Under the pieces are notes generated by a model. The model saw only the letters and a list, made by a program, of their open reading frames with translations. It ran no database searches and was not told the origin of the DNA. Below are positions 37,985 to 47,794 of a DNA stretch of 64,000 nt, in pieces. This stretch comes from Akkermansiaceae bacterium (GTDB lineage: Bacteria; Verrucomicrobiota; Verrucomicrobiia; Verrucomicrobiales; Akkermansiaceae), in contig JBPOGF010000018.1 in the NCBI GenBank assembly GCA_051251915.1, positions 39,093 through 103,092 on the forward strand. Reading direction: 5' to 3'. The number at the start of each line of letters is the position of its first letter. Within the stretch, counting starts at the first letter, position 1. The position numbers and the translations under genes were made by a program.

Positions 37985-39232
37985 TTAAAACCTTACCGCT
38001 AGTTTTTTGTCTGGGGTGCCGGAGCGGTCTAGCATTCTGGCTACGAGTTGGCCGGTGATGGGGCCTAGGCTGAGGCCCATCATGGCGTGGCCTGTGGCGA
38101 CGATGACGTTGTCGTGATCTGGCATTTTGCCGATGTAGGGGAGGCCGTCTGGGGTGCATGGTCTGAGGCCTGCCCAGGGTTTGACGTCGGTGAAATCTGT
38201 ATCGCTGAACTGTGGGAAGTAGTCTTTGACACTTTTGATGATACCTTGGACGCGGCGTGGGTTGATGTCTAAATTATTGCCACCGATTTCCATGGTGCCG
38301 GCGAATCTGAGGGTGTTGCCGATGGGGGTGACGGCGACTTTGGCTTCGGAGAAGATGCTGCAGAGTTCGGGGAGTTGGGCTGGATCTTGGAGTGTGAGTG
38401 AGTAGCCTTTTCCTGCTTGCATGCAGAGTTTCTTTCCGAGCTTTTGGGTCATGGTTGGGGTCCAGGCTCCGCATGCCATGACGATTTGTGAGGCGTGGAT
38501 GGGTTCGCCATTACTGAGTTTGACGCCTGTGAGCTTACCGTCTTTTGTGACGAAGTCGGTGACTTCGCTTTCGTAGCGGATTTGTCCACCAAGTTTCTTA
38601 ACCCAGTGGCGTAGAACTGCCATGAGTTTGGTGGGGTCTAGGTGGCAGTCTTGCTCAAACCAGACGCCACCTGTTACGTTCATTTCTATGGTGGGATCAA
38701 GCTGGCTTATGCGCTTGCTGTCGCATACTTCAGCGCTGACGCTAAGTTCGTTTGCCATGGCGGCTACGGAGGCTTCTGCATCGAGTCCTTTTTGGGTTTT
38801 GCAGAGCATGAGGAGTCCGCGCTTCTGGAGGCAGAAGTCTTCTTCTTCGGCTAAATCAGTGAAGAGTTTTCTGCTTTCTAGGCTGAGGTCGGCGAGTAGA
38901 TGTTTGACGGTTTCGGTGTGTTCTTCGTTGGCGTGTTTCCAGAATTGGAGTCCCCATTTGGCTAGGTCCCAGCTGAGTCTGGGTTTGACATAAAACGGGC
39001 TTTCTGGGTTCATCATCCAGCGCATTCCTTTGGCGATCATGCCTGGAGCGGCGAGTGGGATGAAGTGGCTTGGTACGACCATTCCAGCGTTGCCAAATGA
39101 ACAGCCTTTATCTGATTCAGGGTCTCGGTCTAGAACGGTGACATCGAGTCCGCGTTTGGCGGCGTAGTAGGCTGAGCATAGCCCGATGATGCCACCACCT
39201 ACGACAATTACTTTTTCTGGGCTATTTTGCAT
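37985..39232 (-). CDS. FAD-dependent D-amino acid dehydrogenase (DadA-like)
   Basis: VVGGGIIG, CSFGNAG, GKGYS, WAGLRPCTPDGLP, GHAMMG. Confidence 0.88.
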   Translation of the reverse strand: MQNSPEKVIVVGGGIIGLCSAYYAAKRGLDVTVLDRDPESDKGCSFGNAGMVVPSHFIPLAAPGMIAKGMRWMMNPESPFYVKPRLSWDLAKWGLQFWKHANEEHTETVKHLLADLSLESRKLFTDLAEEEDFCLQKRGLLMLCKTQKGLDAEASVAAMANELSVSAEVCDSKRISQLDPTIEMNVTGGVWFEQDCHLDPTKLMAVLRHWVKKLGGQIRYESEVTDFVTKDGKLTGVKLSNGEPIHASQIVMACGAWTPTMTQKLGKKLCMQAGKGYSLTLQDPAQLPELCSIFSEAKVAVTPIGNTLRFAGTMEIGGNNLDINPRRVQGIIKSVKDYFPQFSDTDFTDVKPWAGLRPCTPDGLPYIGKMPDHDNVIVATGHAMMGLSLGPITGQLVARMLDRSGTPDKKLAVRF

Positions 39233-39345
39233 GGCTGCATCTTATGGGTTTGTGGGTGTTTTGTCTTGTGCTTTCTCTTAGCGGTTGCCGACTATTCTGC
39301 AAATATCGATTGAAAATTTAGTAAAGACCATTCATACTATGATTA

Positions 39346-39645
39346 ATGCTAACTGACGAGATAAGATCTGGGACTTCTACGGAGATCCAGAGTAGAACAA
39401 AGAATCAGACTTCCTTGCCCTGGACGGTCATTGTTTATGATGATCCGATCAATCTCATGCAGTATGTGACGATGGTGTTTAAGAAGGTGTTCGGGTATTC
39501 TGAGGAGAAAGCGATGATTCTGATGAAGCAGGTTCACGAGAAGGGGCGCTCGCTGGTATGGTCTGGCGAGAAGGAGAAGGCGGAATTTTATGTGCAGCAG
39601 TTGCACTCTTTTCAACTTAAAGCTTCATTGGAACAAGAATCATGA
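39346..39645 (+). CDS. clpS: ATP-dependent Clp protease adaptor
   Basis: WTVIVYDDPINLMQYV, MKQVHEKGRS. Confidence 0.9.
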   Translation: MLTDEIRSGTSTEIQSRTKNQTSLPWTVIVYDDPINLMQYVTMVFKKVFGYSEEKAMILMKQVHEKGRSLVWSGEKEKAEFYVQQLHSFQLKASLEQES

Positions 39646-40118
39646 AGCTTGCTCCAACACTTCAAGGTGGTCTTAGGATCGATGCTGACTCACTCGAAGA
39701 CTGGATGGTGCTAGATGCTATCTGTGCAGATGCTGCTAGTCTTCCGGGTGCGCCGTTGTATGATCGGTTGTCTGAGAAGATGCCGAAGGATCCAGATTGG
39801 GAAGAATTTGTGGCTCCGGATATACGGAGTCAGTTTTCTGATCAGGTCACGCATGTTTCACGGGCGCTGTCAGCGGCACCGATGGATGAGGACCAGGCGG
39901 GGTCAATTTTTATATCTAAGGATGATGCGCCGATCTGGTATGGAGCGCTAAATCAGGCGCGGATGACGCTGGAGCATATTTACCAGATCAGTGAGTTGGA
40001 TGAATTTGTGGAGTTAGATGAGCTGGGTGATATTGGTGATGCTAAGCGCTCTGCAGTGATCCGTAGTCATTTTTATTCTACGTTCCAGTGTTTGCTGTTA
40101 GATTATGTGTTAGATTAG
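39642..40118 (+). CDS. DUF2017-like protein
   Basis: ATGA overlap with clpS; WYGALNQARMTL motif. Confidence 0.6.
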   Translation: MKLAPTLQGGLRIDADSLEDWMVLDAICADAASLPGAPLYDRLSEKMPKDPDWEEFVAPDIRSQFSDQVTHVSRALSAAPMDEDQAGSIFISKDDAPIWYGALNQARMTLEHIYQISELDEFVELDELGDIGDAKRSAVIRSHFYSTFQCLLLDYVLD

Positions 40119-40120
40119 AT

Positions 40121-40825
40121 TTAAGGGCGTTTTTCTAGCCATTCTTGGGTTGCGTAGCGGGTGTTGGCTAGGATGTTGGCTTGGTGGAGAAAACTTACCT
40201 CTGGGTTCCATAGATTTTGGGATTTTGTGAGGTGTTGGGTGAAGGCTTGTTGCCAGTTGGTAGTGTGATTTATGCCGATGACGGAGCCTTGGTGGAGGAG
40301 TCCGTGGCGGGTGCGTTTCTGGCCTGCGCCGGCTAGTTTTTTTCCGGTGGGGGTGATGATGTCGTGGGCTACGGGGTTGGTGAAGCATGTGGGCGATCCG
40401 TCACCGGTGTCTTGGGAGGTTAGGGAGGAGGTTGTCCCTGTTTGGTTGAGGGCGTGGGCTACGGATTGGTGGATGAGGCGGTAGCTTTCTGCGCCTCTGA
40501 GGGTGGCCCATGGGTGGGTGCGCGGGATGGCTAGGGTGTAGGTGAGGTCGATACGGTGATCTACGATTCCTCCGCCAGTCCAGCGGCGGGTGAAGTGTAG
40601 TGATGGGTCAGGGAATGCGGCGCGGGCGGTTGAGTGTGGGTCAAAGTATCCGAAGCTGATGGAGGGTTTGTCCCAGGTGTAGAATCTGAGTAGTGGGAGA
40701 TCAGTGATGGTTTCTAAGAGGAGTTGGTCAATTGCCATGTTTTCTGGGCCACTGCGCGGGGTGGTGTCGTGCCAGACGTTGAGTAGGTCTAGTTTTTTAG
40801 GTGGTTGGTTGGTGGCAGAATCCAT
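40121..40825 (-). CDS. Lipoate-protein ligase A / LipM family protein
   Basis: NMAIDQLL, LRFYTW, RRWTGGG..H, KLAGAGQ, LHQGS. Confidence 0.88.
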   Translation of the reverse strand: MDSATNQPPKKLDLLNVWHDTTPRSGPENMAIDQLLLETITDLPLLRFYTWDKPSISFGYFDPHSTARAAFPDPSLHFTRRWTGGGIVDHRIDLTYTLAIPRTHPWATLRGAESYRLIHQSVAHALNQTGTTSSLTSQDTGDGSPTCFTNPVAHDIITPTGKKLAGAGQKRTRHGLLHQGSVIGINHTTNWQQAFTQHLTKSQNLWNPEVSFLHQANILANTRYATQEWLEKRP

Positions 40826-40901
40826 TTAAGTTTGTTTTTACAGGATGGTGGTGAGTTGTCAATGGGGTGGACTAATTGTGGCGAGTAGTGTTGGTTAGGG
40901 A

Positions 40902-41855
40902 ATGAATAAAACTTGGGTAATTGTTATCGCTGGCTTGCTGCTGGTAGGGGGAGTGGTGTTTTATTTGAGAATGAATGAAGAGAAGGAGGAGATTACACCA
41001 TTGAGTGAATTTAAGACTACTGAGCTACATAGGGCGGTGAAGGATGGGGAGCTGGAGCGGGTGAAGAAGCTGGTAGGTGATGGGGCTGATATTGAGGCGC
41101 TAAGTGATTTTGGAGATACAGCGGTGATGGATGCGGTGGGGTATGGTCATGTTGAAGTAGCGCGTTGGTTGTTGGGGCAGGGGGCGAGGATGAGTTATGA
41201 ATATAAGCGTGAGGAGACTGTGGCGGAGCGTGAGATGTTGGATCGTGATTATAAGAAATTTGATGTAGACTCTAGGGAAGCGATGGAGGAGATTTTTAGT
41301 GATTTACCGGAGGATTTGCGGGAGGAAATATTGTCAGAGGATAATCAAAGCGAAATGCGTAGTGATATGATTGATCTGCATTTTGATGTGACTAAGAAGA
41401 ATGTGATAGAGCAGTGTCATGGTTTGGCGATGTTGAAGATGTTGGTGGGGGAGTATGGTGCGGATATAGATTATGTTGATCCTAGTGGTTATTGGCCATT
41501 GTTGAGTTTTGCTGAGTCGGGAGATTTGGAGGCTGTTAGGTGGTTGCTGGAGAGTGGGGCTGATCCTGAGGCTACTTCTACTGGAATGACTGCTGTGTTT
41601 AAGGCTGTTCAGAGTGGTGATTTTGAGATGGTGAAGTTGTTTTTGGAGCATGGGGCATCGCTTGATGTGGTAGATGTAGATGGTTGTGGTGTGTTTTTGT
41701 GGTGTGAGTCAGTGAAGATGGCGGAGTTGTTGATGGCGAGTGGGGCTGATCCTACGGTGAGAGATCAGGCGGATTTCCCGAGTTGGTATTTCATCGATGA
41801 CGAAGTGACTAAGGCGTATGTTGAGGGGGAGGCAGGTAAATGGGAATCTAGATAG
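40902..41855 (+). CDS. Membrane-anchored ankyrin-repeat protein
   Basis: N-terminal TM; LHRAV..G, GADIE, GDTA, GADP repeats. Confidence 0.85.
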   Translation: MNKTWVIVIAGLLLVGGVVFYLRMNEEKEEITPLSEFKTTELHRAVKDGELERVKKLVGDGADIEALSDFGDTAVMDAVGYGHVEVARWLLGQGARMSYEYKREETVAEREMLDRDYKKFDVDSREAMEEIFSDLPEDLREEILSEDNQSEMRSDMIDLHFDVTKKNVIEQCHGLAMLKMLVGEYGADIDYVDPSGYWPLLSFAESGDLEAVRWLLESGADPEATSTGMTAVFKAVQSGDFEMVKLFLEHGASLDVVDVDGCGVFLWCESVKMAELLMASGADPTVRDQADFPSWYFIDDEVTKAYVEGEAGKWESR

Positions 41856-41904
41856 TTGCTATAAATAGCTTGCAAGTCTGTGTTAGAAGTGGAGATTTAG
41901 AGGC

Positions 41905-42969
41905 ATGAGTATTTCCCAAACTGACGACGTAAGAATAAAGAAGCTAGCTCCTTTAATTTCACCTGCGGTCCTTTCTTATTACCTGCCTATCACTGAGAAG
42001 GCTAGTGAGGTGGTGTCAGCTGCTCGTCAGAGCGCTGAGAATATTATGAATGGTAAGGATGATCGTGTTCTTGTAGTGATAGGGCCATGTTCGATTCATG
42101 ATACGAAGGCTGCGATTGAGTATGCGCAGAAGCTGAAGCCGTTGGTGGAAAAATACAAAGATGATTTGTTGATTGTAATGAGGGTTTACTTTGAAAAGCC
42201 ACGCACGACAGTGGGCTGGAAGGGGTTGATTAATGATCCTCATTTGGATGACTCATTTGATATTAATCGTGGGTTGCGCATTGCGCGTGAGTTGTTGTTG
42301 GAGCTTAATGAAATGGGTATTCCTTCAGCTACGGAATTTTTGGACACGATTTCGCCTCAGTATGTGGCGGATTTGATTACTTATGGAGCGATTGGTGCGC
42401 GGACTACGGAGTCACAGATTCACCGTGAGTTGGCTTCTGGGCTATCGATGCCGGTAGGATTTAAGAATGGGACTGGTGGTAGTATTCAGATTGCTTTGGA
42501 TGCGATTCAGGCGGCTCAGGGATCACATCATTTTCTTTCGGTGACGAAGGAAGGTGTGTCAGCTATTGTGACAACTGCAGGTAATGACGCGTGCCATATT
42601 ATTTTACGTGGATCTTCTAAGGGGCCAAACTATGATGCGGCGGCTGTGAATGATGTGGCGGATCAGCTAAAGGCGAAGGGTCTTCCGGAGCAGATGATGG
42701 TGGATTGTTCACATGGAAATTCTAAGAAGGATTATAGAAATCAGCCGGGTGTGGTTTCTGACCTTTGTGGACAGATCGCGGGTGGTTCTAAGGCTGTGGC
42801 TGCGGTGATGATAGAGTCTCATCTTGTGGAGGGAGCGCAGAAGCTAAATAGCGATATGGATCAGATGACTTATGGTCAGTCTGTGACGGACCAATGCATA
42901 GGCTGGGATGCTACTGAAGATGTGCTGGCTGAGCTGGCGACTGCGGTGCAGGCTAGACGTCAAAGTTAG
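41905..42969 (+). CDS. aroG: 3-deoxy-7-phosphoheptulonate synthase (class I-alpha)
   Basis: GPCSIHD, RVYFEKPRTTVGWKG, IGARTTESQIHRE, DCSHGNS. Confidence 0.93.
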   Translation: MSISQTDDVRIKKLAPLISPAVLSYYLPITEKASEVVSAARQSAENIMNGKDDRVLVVIGPCSIHDTKAAIEYAQKLKPLVEKYKDDLLIVMRVYFEKPRTTVGWKGLINDPHLDDSFDINRGLRIARELLLELNEMGIPSATEFLDTISPQYVADLITYGAIGARTTESQIHRELASGLSMPVGFKNGTGGSIQIALDAIQAAQGSHHFLSVTKEGVSAIVTTAGNDACHIILRGSSKGPNYDAAAVNDVADQLKAKGLPEQMMVDCSHGNSKKDYRNQPGVVSDLCGQIAGGSKAVAAVMIESHLVEGAQKLNSDMDQMTYGQSVTDQCIGWDATEDVLAELATAVQARRQS

Positions 42970-43062
42970 CATGATTTTTAACGAGTGGTCTTTAGCGAGA
43001 TTGCTCGTTAGTTCCCTTACATTGGGGGTTGCGCTCGGGTAGTCTCGGTGCTAGGTGTAGTT

Positions 43063-43872
43063 ATGTTGAAAAATAATAAATTCATACCTGTTATTCCTGT
43101 AGCTGTGGCAGCTAGTCTTCTTACGTTCTCATTTGCTTCATGTAAGGATGCAGAAACTAAGGGTGCGACTGAGATGTCTGCAGATGCAGCTAAGAAATCT
43201 GAGTGGGTCCAGCTATTTAATGGCAAGGATCTTACTGGTTGGACGCCTAAATTTGTAGGTCAAGAGCTGGGAGTGAATTACAAGAATGTCTTCAAGGTGA
43301 AGGATGGTAATTTGATTGTGGATTACTCTGAGTATGGTAACTGGGACGGTAAGTTTGGTCATCTTTTTTATGAGAAGCCATTTTCACATTATATCTTGCG
43401 TGCAGAGTATCGCTTCGTGGGTGAGCAGTCAGGCAAAGGTCCAGGCTGGGCATGGAGAAACAATGGATTTATGATTCACGGACAGACTGCTGAATCAATG
43501 AAGAAGGGGCAGAATTTCCCTGATTCTATCGAGGTGCAATTGCTCGGTGGTAAAGCGGAAGGAGACAGAGGGAATCTTAATATTTGTACACCTGGGACTC
43601 AGCTTGTGCATAAAGGGGAACTTACTAAAGCACATGTGATCAAGGCAAATGGTCCTACTAATCGTGGTGATGAGTGGGTGACTGTAGAGATCGAAGTGAG
43701 AGGGAGCAAGGTCATCAGGCATAAGCAGGATGGTAAAGTGGTGATCGAATATAATAAGCCACAATTAGACAATGGTACATTGCTTGAAGGTGGAACTATT
43801 TCAATCCAATCCGAGTCTCATCCTACTGAGTTCAGAAAAATCGAGATTAAGGAGCTGAAGCCTAGTAAGTAG
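43063..43872 (+). CDS. DUF1080 / 3-keto-disaccharide hydrolase-like lipoprotein
   Basis: Lipobox FASC; LFNGKDLTGW, IEVQL, GTISIQSE.HP..FR.I; likely ATG 43063 (ORF track starts 43048). Confidence 0.85.
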   Translation: MLKNNKFIPVIPVAVAASLLTFSFASCKDAETKGATEMSADAAKKSEWVQLFNGKDLTGWTPKFVGQELGVNYKNVFKVKDGNLIVDYSEYGNWDGKFGHLFYEKPFSHYILRAEYRFVGEQSGKGPGWAWRNNGFMIHGQTAESMKKGQNFPDSIEVQLLGGKAEGDRGNLNICTPGTQLVHKGELTKAHVIKANGPTNRGDEWVTVEIEVRGSKVIRHKQDGKVVIEYNKPQLDNGTLLEGGTISIQSESHPTEFRKIEIKELKPSK

Positions 43873-43903
43873 TCTTTAGTTAGGTGATCTAACAATTTCG
43901 AAC

Positions 43904-43941
43904 AACTCGCTCATCGTTTCATGCGGTGAGCGAGTTTTTTT
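43904..43941 (+). terminator. Intrinsic terminator
   Basis: AACTCGCTCATCG...CGGTGAGCGAGTT plus T run. Confidence 0.8.
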
Positions 43942-43960
43942 ATGCCCAGTGGTGGCTTGT

Positions 43961-45850
43961 TTATTCGTGTTGTTCGAGGAATGACTGCTTGGAAAGGGAT
44001 GCGTATTTGCCGTTCTGGTTGAGGAGTTCTGAGTGGGTGCCGTGCTCGATGATTTTTCCGTGGTCTAGGACGTAGATGCAGTCTGCATTCTGGATGGTGG
44101 AGAGACGGTGGGCGATGACGAAGGCGGTGCGTGATGACATGAGTTTGTCGAGCGCGTCTTGGATGAGTTGTTCGGTTTTGGAGTCTACGCTAGCGGTTGC
44201 TTCATCGAGGATGAGGATGGGTTGGTTCTTGAGGAGTGCGCGGGCGATGGAGAGGCGTTGTTTTTCTCCGCCAGAGAGTTTGACTCCGCGTTCGCCGACG
44301 TTGGTGTCCAGTTGCTCGGGAAGAGCGCGGACGTATGGGGCTGCGTTGGCTGCTTCTAGAGCTACCCAGAGCTCTTCGTCTGTGGCATCGCGTTTCCCTA
44401 GGATCATGTTTTCACGGACGGTGCCATTGAAAAGGAAGGCGTCTTGTGTGACGTAAGCGATGGAGTTGCGGAGGGAATTCTTGTTGATGGTGTTGAGTTC
44501 TTTTCCATCGATGGTGATGGATCCTTCATCGTATTCGTAGAATCTGGTGAGGAGGTTAACGAGGGTGGATTTCCCTGCTCCGGTGGTGCCTACTAGTGCG
44601 ATAGTCTCGCCCGGTTTGGCGGTGAAGGAGATGTTCTTGAGTGTGGCAGGGGTGGCTTCGGCGTTTTCATCTTTTTCATAGGTGAATGACATGTTGGTGA
44701 AATTTACTTCGCCTCTAACAGGCGATGCTAGATCTTCTCCTTCATCTGCGTGGATTTCATTAGGAGTGTCTAGTATTTCGAATACGCGCTCGGCTGCGGC
44801 TTTTGAAGAGAGGGCCATTTGGTTGAGTCCGTGTAGTCTGCCGATAGGCTCGTAAAGAGCCCAGATGATGGTGAAGAAGACTAGGTATATTTCGGTGCCA
44901 ACATTTGGGTCATTGATGATGCGGTAGCCGCCTACTCCGAGAACGAGGACGTAGCCGAGGGAATTTACAAAACTCATGGACGGGGAGTAGAGAGCCCAGT
45001 ATTTCATGACTTTGAGAGTGGCTTCACGAACTTTGTTAGAGAGGGTATTGAAGCGTTTTTTTTCTTCGTGTTCCGCTGCGTAAGATTTGATTTGGCGAAT
45101 GCCTGAGATGTTGTCGCTGAGTAGTGAGTTCATATCACCAGTGTATTTTTTGACATCGCGGTGTCTGTCTCTTGCATTGCGGGTGTATATGACGGCGCCT
45201 ATGGCGAGTAGTGGCATGGGGGCGAGAGCAGTTAGCCCAAGGATGGTGTCTTGCCAGATAAGGTAACCTGCGACGATGCAGATTTGAATTACAGCGATGA
45301 GTCCTTGTTCTACACCATCGATAAGTAGGCGTTCCATGGCGGGGACGTCTTCTGCGACTCGGGTCATGATGTCTCCGGTTCTGCGGGTGTCGAACCATTT
45401 GAGTGGGAGGCGCTGCAGTTTGGTGTAGAGTTCGGAGCGTAGGTCAAAGATGGCTTTCTGCTCGAAGACGTTGTTGATCATGATGCGCAGGCAATTGAAT
45501 ACATCTCTGCCGAAGAATGATGCTAGAGCGATGAGGGTGTATAGAAGTAGGTTAGAAGAGTTGTCTTCTTTATATTCATCTGACTGGAGATCAGGAAGCT
45601 TTTCAGAGAGTTTATTGATGATGATTTCTTTTGATTCTGCATCGCTAGTTTGGGTGTTTTGAATGGTATTGAGGATTTCCGTAGTTTTTTCGACCTGCTC
45701 ATGCTCCTTGATTACATTTTTAAATATGCGGCCAGACATCTCTGAAAAGATGGGTAGCATGGCGGTCATTAGAATGGCACAAAGTAGTTGTGCACTAGCT
45801 AGTTTGGGGTAACGTCCGTAGTAGGAAAAAATGCGCTTAATAGTCTTCAT
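43961..45850 (-). CDS. ABC exporter, fused permease/ATPase (MsbA-like)
   Basis: TM domain; Walker A GTTGAGKS, LSGGEKQR, ILDEATA, IAHRLST. Confidence 0.93.
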   Translation of the reverse strand: MKTIKRIFSYYGRYPKLASAQLLCAILMTAMLPIFSEMSGRIFKNVIKEHEQVEKTTEILNTIQNTQTSDAESKEIIINKLSEKLPDLQSDEYKEDNSSNLLLYTLIALASFFGRDVFNCLRIMINNVFEQKAIFDLRSELYTKLQRLPLKWFDTRRTGDIMTRVAEDVPAMERLLIDGVEQGLIAVIQICIVAGYLIWQDTILGLTALAPMPLLAIGAVIYTRNARDRHRDVKKYTGDMNSLLSDNISGIRQIKSYAAEHEEKKRFNTLSNKVREATLKVMKYWALYSPSMSFVNSLGYVLVLGVGGYRIINDPNVGTEIYLVFFTIIWALYEPIGRLHGLNQMALSSKAAAERVFEILDTPNEIHADEGEDLASPVRGEVNFTNMSFTYEKDENAEATPATLKNISFTAKPGETIALVGTTGAGKSTLVNLLTRFYEYDEGSITIDGKELNTINKNSLRNSIAYVTQDAFLFNGTVRENMILGKRDATDEELWVALEAANAAPYVRALPEQLDTNVGERGVKLSGGEKQRLSIARALLKNQPILILDEATASVDSKTEQLIQDALDKLMSSRTAFVIAHRLSTIQNADCIYVLDHGKIIEHGTHSELLNQNGKYASLSKQSFLEQHE

Positions 45851-45991
45851 GAAGGCGGGGAATGTGGGAGAAGAAATGGGCTTTGTAAAGAAATGGTCGA
45901 AATGAGTGAATTTTAGGGTTGTCGAGGTGGGTATTTGTTAGCTAGTGTTATTTTACACACTGGAAACGATTAATCCCAAACATTAGAAACT

Positions 45992-46804
45992 ATGCCCATA
46001 TTATTTGGAACACTAACAGCACTCGTCCTCGCCATCTCTGCATGGATCGGATACAAGAACCAAACTGAATACAAGAAACAGATCGGCTTTAGGCAGACTG
46101 AGGAAAGAAAATACGATGCTGAGGTAGAGATGCTCAAGCAACGAACTGGCGAATGGCAAGAAGCTATTGATGCCAAGAAAGAGTTAATGGCTTCGAATGA
46201 AGGTCTCTCTGAAGAGCTCGCTGAGCTTGAAGAGAAGATTTCTGCTATTAAATCAGAAATCGCTCAGAAGGAGACACAGAAGAAGCAGCTAGAAACTGAG
46301 GTGGCGGAAGCTACAGCAGTGATGGACAAAGTGGGCGGTGTGAGAGCACTTGTTCCTAAGATCAAGGGTCTTCGTTCAGATATCGCATCATTGAGTTCTG
46401 AAATCGAACAAGGTAACGCAACATTGAATAACCTTAGGCAAACTAAGACTGATACAGCTGCCTCAATAGCAGTGAATGAGAAGCGAGTGGAATTTGAGAC
46501 ATCAGGAAAGTCTCAGCCAACACTGAAGACGACTATCAAGACCGTTTATTCATCATGGGGATTTGTCACACTTAACGGTGGTGATGTCCAAGGTGTGGTT
46601 CCTGGATCTACTCTATCAGTAGTGAGAGGTGATGAAGTGGTAGCTAAGTTGAAAGTAACAACTGTAGAGCCTAACCGTGCAGCTGCCGACATCCTCAGGG
46701 AGTCTGTAGGTGATGATGTTTATCTTAGAGCAGGTGATAAGGTAGTAGCGGAAGCTACCGCTGAGCCAGCTAAGCCAGCTGCTGATAAGGTCACGGCTAA
46801 CTAA
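45992..46804 (+). CDS. Membrane-anchored coiled-coil protein with C-terminal beta domain (paralog 1)
   Basis: N-terminal TM, long heptad-rich region, WGFV..GDKV C-domain. Confidence 0.75.
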   Translation: MPILFGTLTALVLAISAWIGYKNQTEYKKQIGFRQTEERKYDAEVEMLKQRTGEWQEAIDAKKELMASNEGLSEELAELEEKISAIKSEIAQKETQKKQLETEVAEATAVMDKVGGVRALVPKIKGLRSDIASLSSEIEQGNATLNNLRQTKTDTAASIAVNEKRVEFETSGKSQPTLKTTIKTVYSSWGFVTLNGGDVQGVVPGSTLSVVRGDEVVAKLKVTTVEPNRAAADILRESVGDDVYLRAGDKVVAEATAEPAKPAADKVTAN

Positions 46805-46843
46805 TTCTTAACCACCAACATTAAATACAACATTTAAAAGATT

Positions 46844-47653
46844 ATGAAACTTATACTATATATCCTCGCATTAGTTTCCATTGGTGGTGCTGCTGCACTT
46901 TCGATGATGAACATTGATAAGCATGAAGAACAGCTTGCATTGACAAAGACAGAAGAAGGTAAAGTAAGAACCAAGAAGAAGCAGGTAGCTGACAAAGAGA
47001 CTGAGTTGCAAGATGAGCAAGGTCTTAGAGATGAAGCTAAAGATCAAAATAATAGTCTCATTGCTGAAAAGGGCATCAAGCAAAATGATGTGAAAGCAAA
47101 TACTAAGCTTAGTGCTAGTTTTGACGATGATCTCGAAGAGCTTGTAAGTAAGAAGGACGAAGTTCAGAGAGCAATGGATGAAATCAAGAAGGCTCTTGAT
47201 GGTGAAAACATCCCACTTGATGAAGTTGAGCAGTTTGTTACAGGACTTGAAAATAGGAAAAAAGATCTTAATAAAACTAACGTAGCGCTGCAGCAGGAAG
47301 TCAGCATTTTCTCAACAGCTGTTGATGAGAATAAAGCTGTTCTGAGTGATTTCAGTGATGCTCAGGCTAAGCGCCGTAAGAATCTCGCCGCTAACAAGGT
47401 GTCATCACTTATTACAGCTGTCGATAACGAGTGGGGGTTTGTAGTAGTTAAGCCACACTCAGATGCTGTTATCAAACAAGAGTCTAAGTTAGTAGTGATC
47501 CGTGGGAACAGACACATTGGCAGACTTACGATCAATGCGATTGAAGATGAAGGTGGCAGAGTGCTAGCTAACATCGATTACTCTAGCTTGGCCTCAGGAA
47601 TGAGAATCAGACCAGGAGATCGCGTTATACTTAACAAGCCGCTTACTAAGTAA
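46844..47653 (+). CDS. Membrane-anchored coiled-coil protein with C-terminal beta domain (paralog 2)
   Basis: Same architecture and length as the upstream gene; WGFV..GDRV. Confidence 0.75.
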   Translation: MKLILYILALVSIGGAAALSMMNIDKHEEQLALTKTEEGKVRTKKKQVADKETELQDEQGLRDEAKDQNNSLIAEKGIKQNDVKANTKLSASFDDDLEELVSKKDEVQRAMDEIKKALDGENIPLDEVEQFVTGLENRKKDLNKTNVALQQEVSIFSTAVDENKAVLSDFSDAQAKRRKNLAANKVSSLITAVDNEWGFVVVKPHSDAVIKQESKLVVIRGNRHIGRLTINAIEDEGGRVLANIDYSSLASGMRIRPGDRVILNKPLTK

Positions 47654-47679
47654 GTAGTAGTCGTAATACAATATTTTTT

Positions 47680-47711
47680 AAGCCCGCAGAGCCTGCTCTT
47701 GCGGGCTTTTT
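47680..47711 (+). terminator. Intrinsic terminator
   Basis: AAGCCCGCAGAG...CTCTTGCGGGCTTTTT. Confidence 0.85.
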
Positions 47712-47754
47712 ATGTTTGAGAAAGCTCAATTTTCAGAAAAAGCAAATGAAATGT

Positions 47755-47781
47755 GAACAGATCTGTGGTATATGTGTCTGA
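47755..47781 (+). promoter_or_regulatory. SigmaE-like ECF promoter upstream of the ECF sigma gene
   Basis: GAACAG-N16-TCTGA, close to the RpoE consensus GAACTT-N16-TCTGA. Confidence 0.6.
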
Positions 47782-47794
47782 TCACAAAAGCAAT

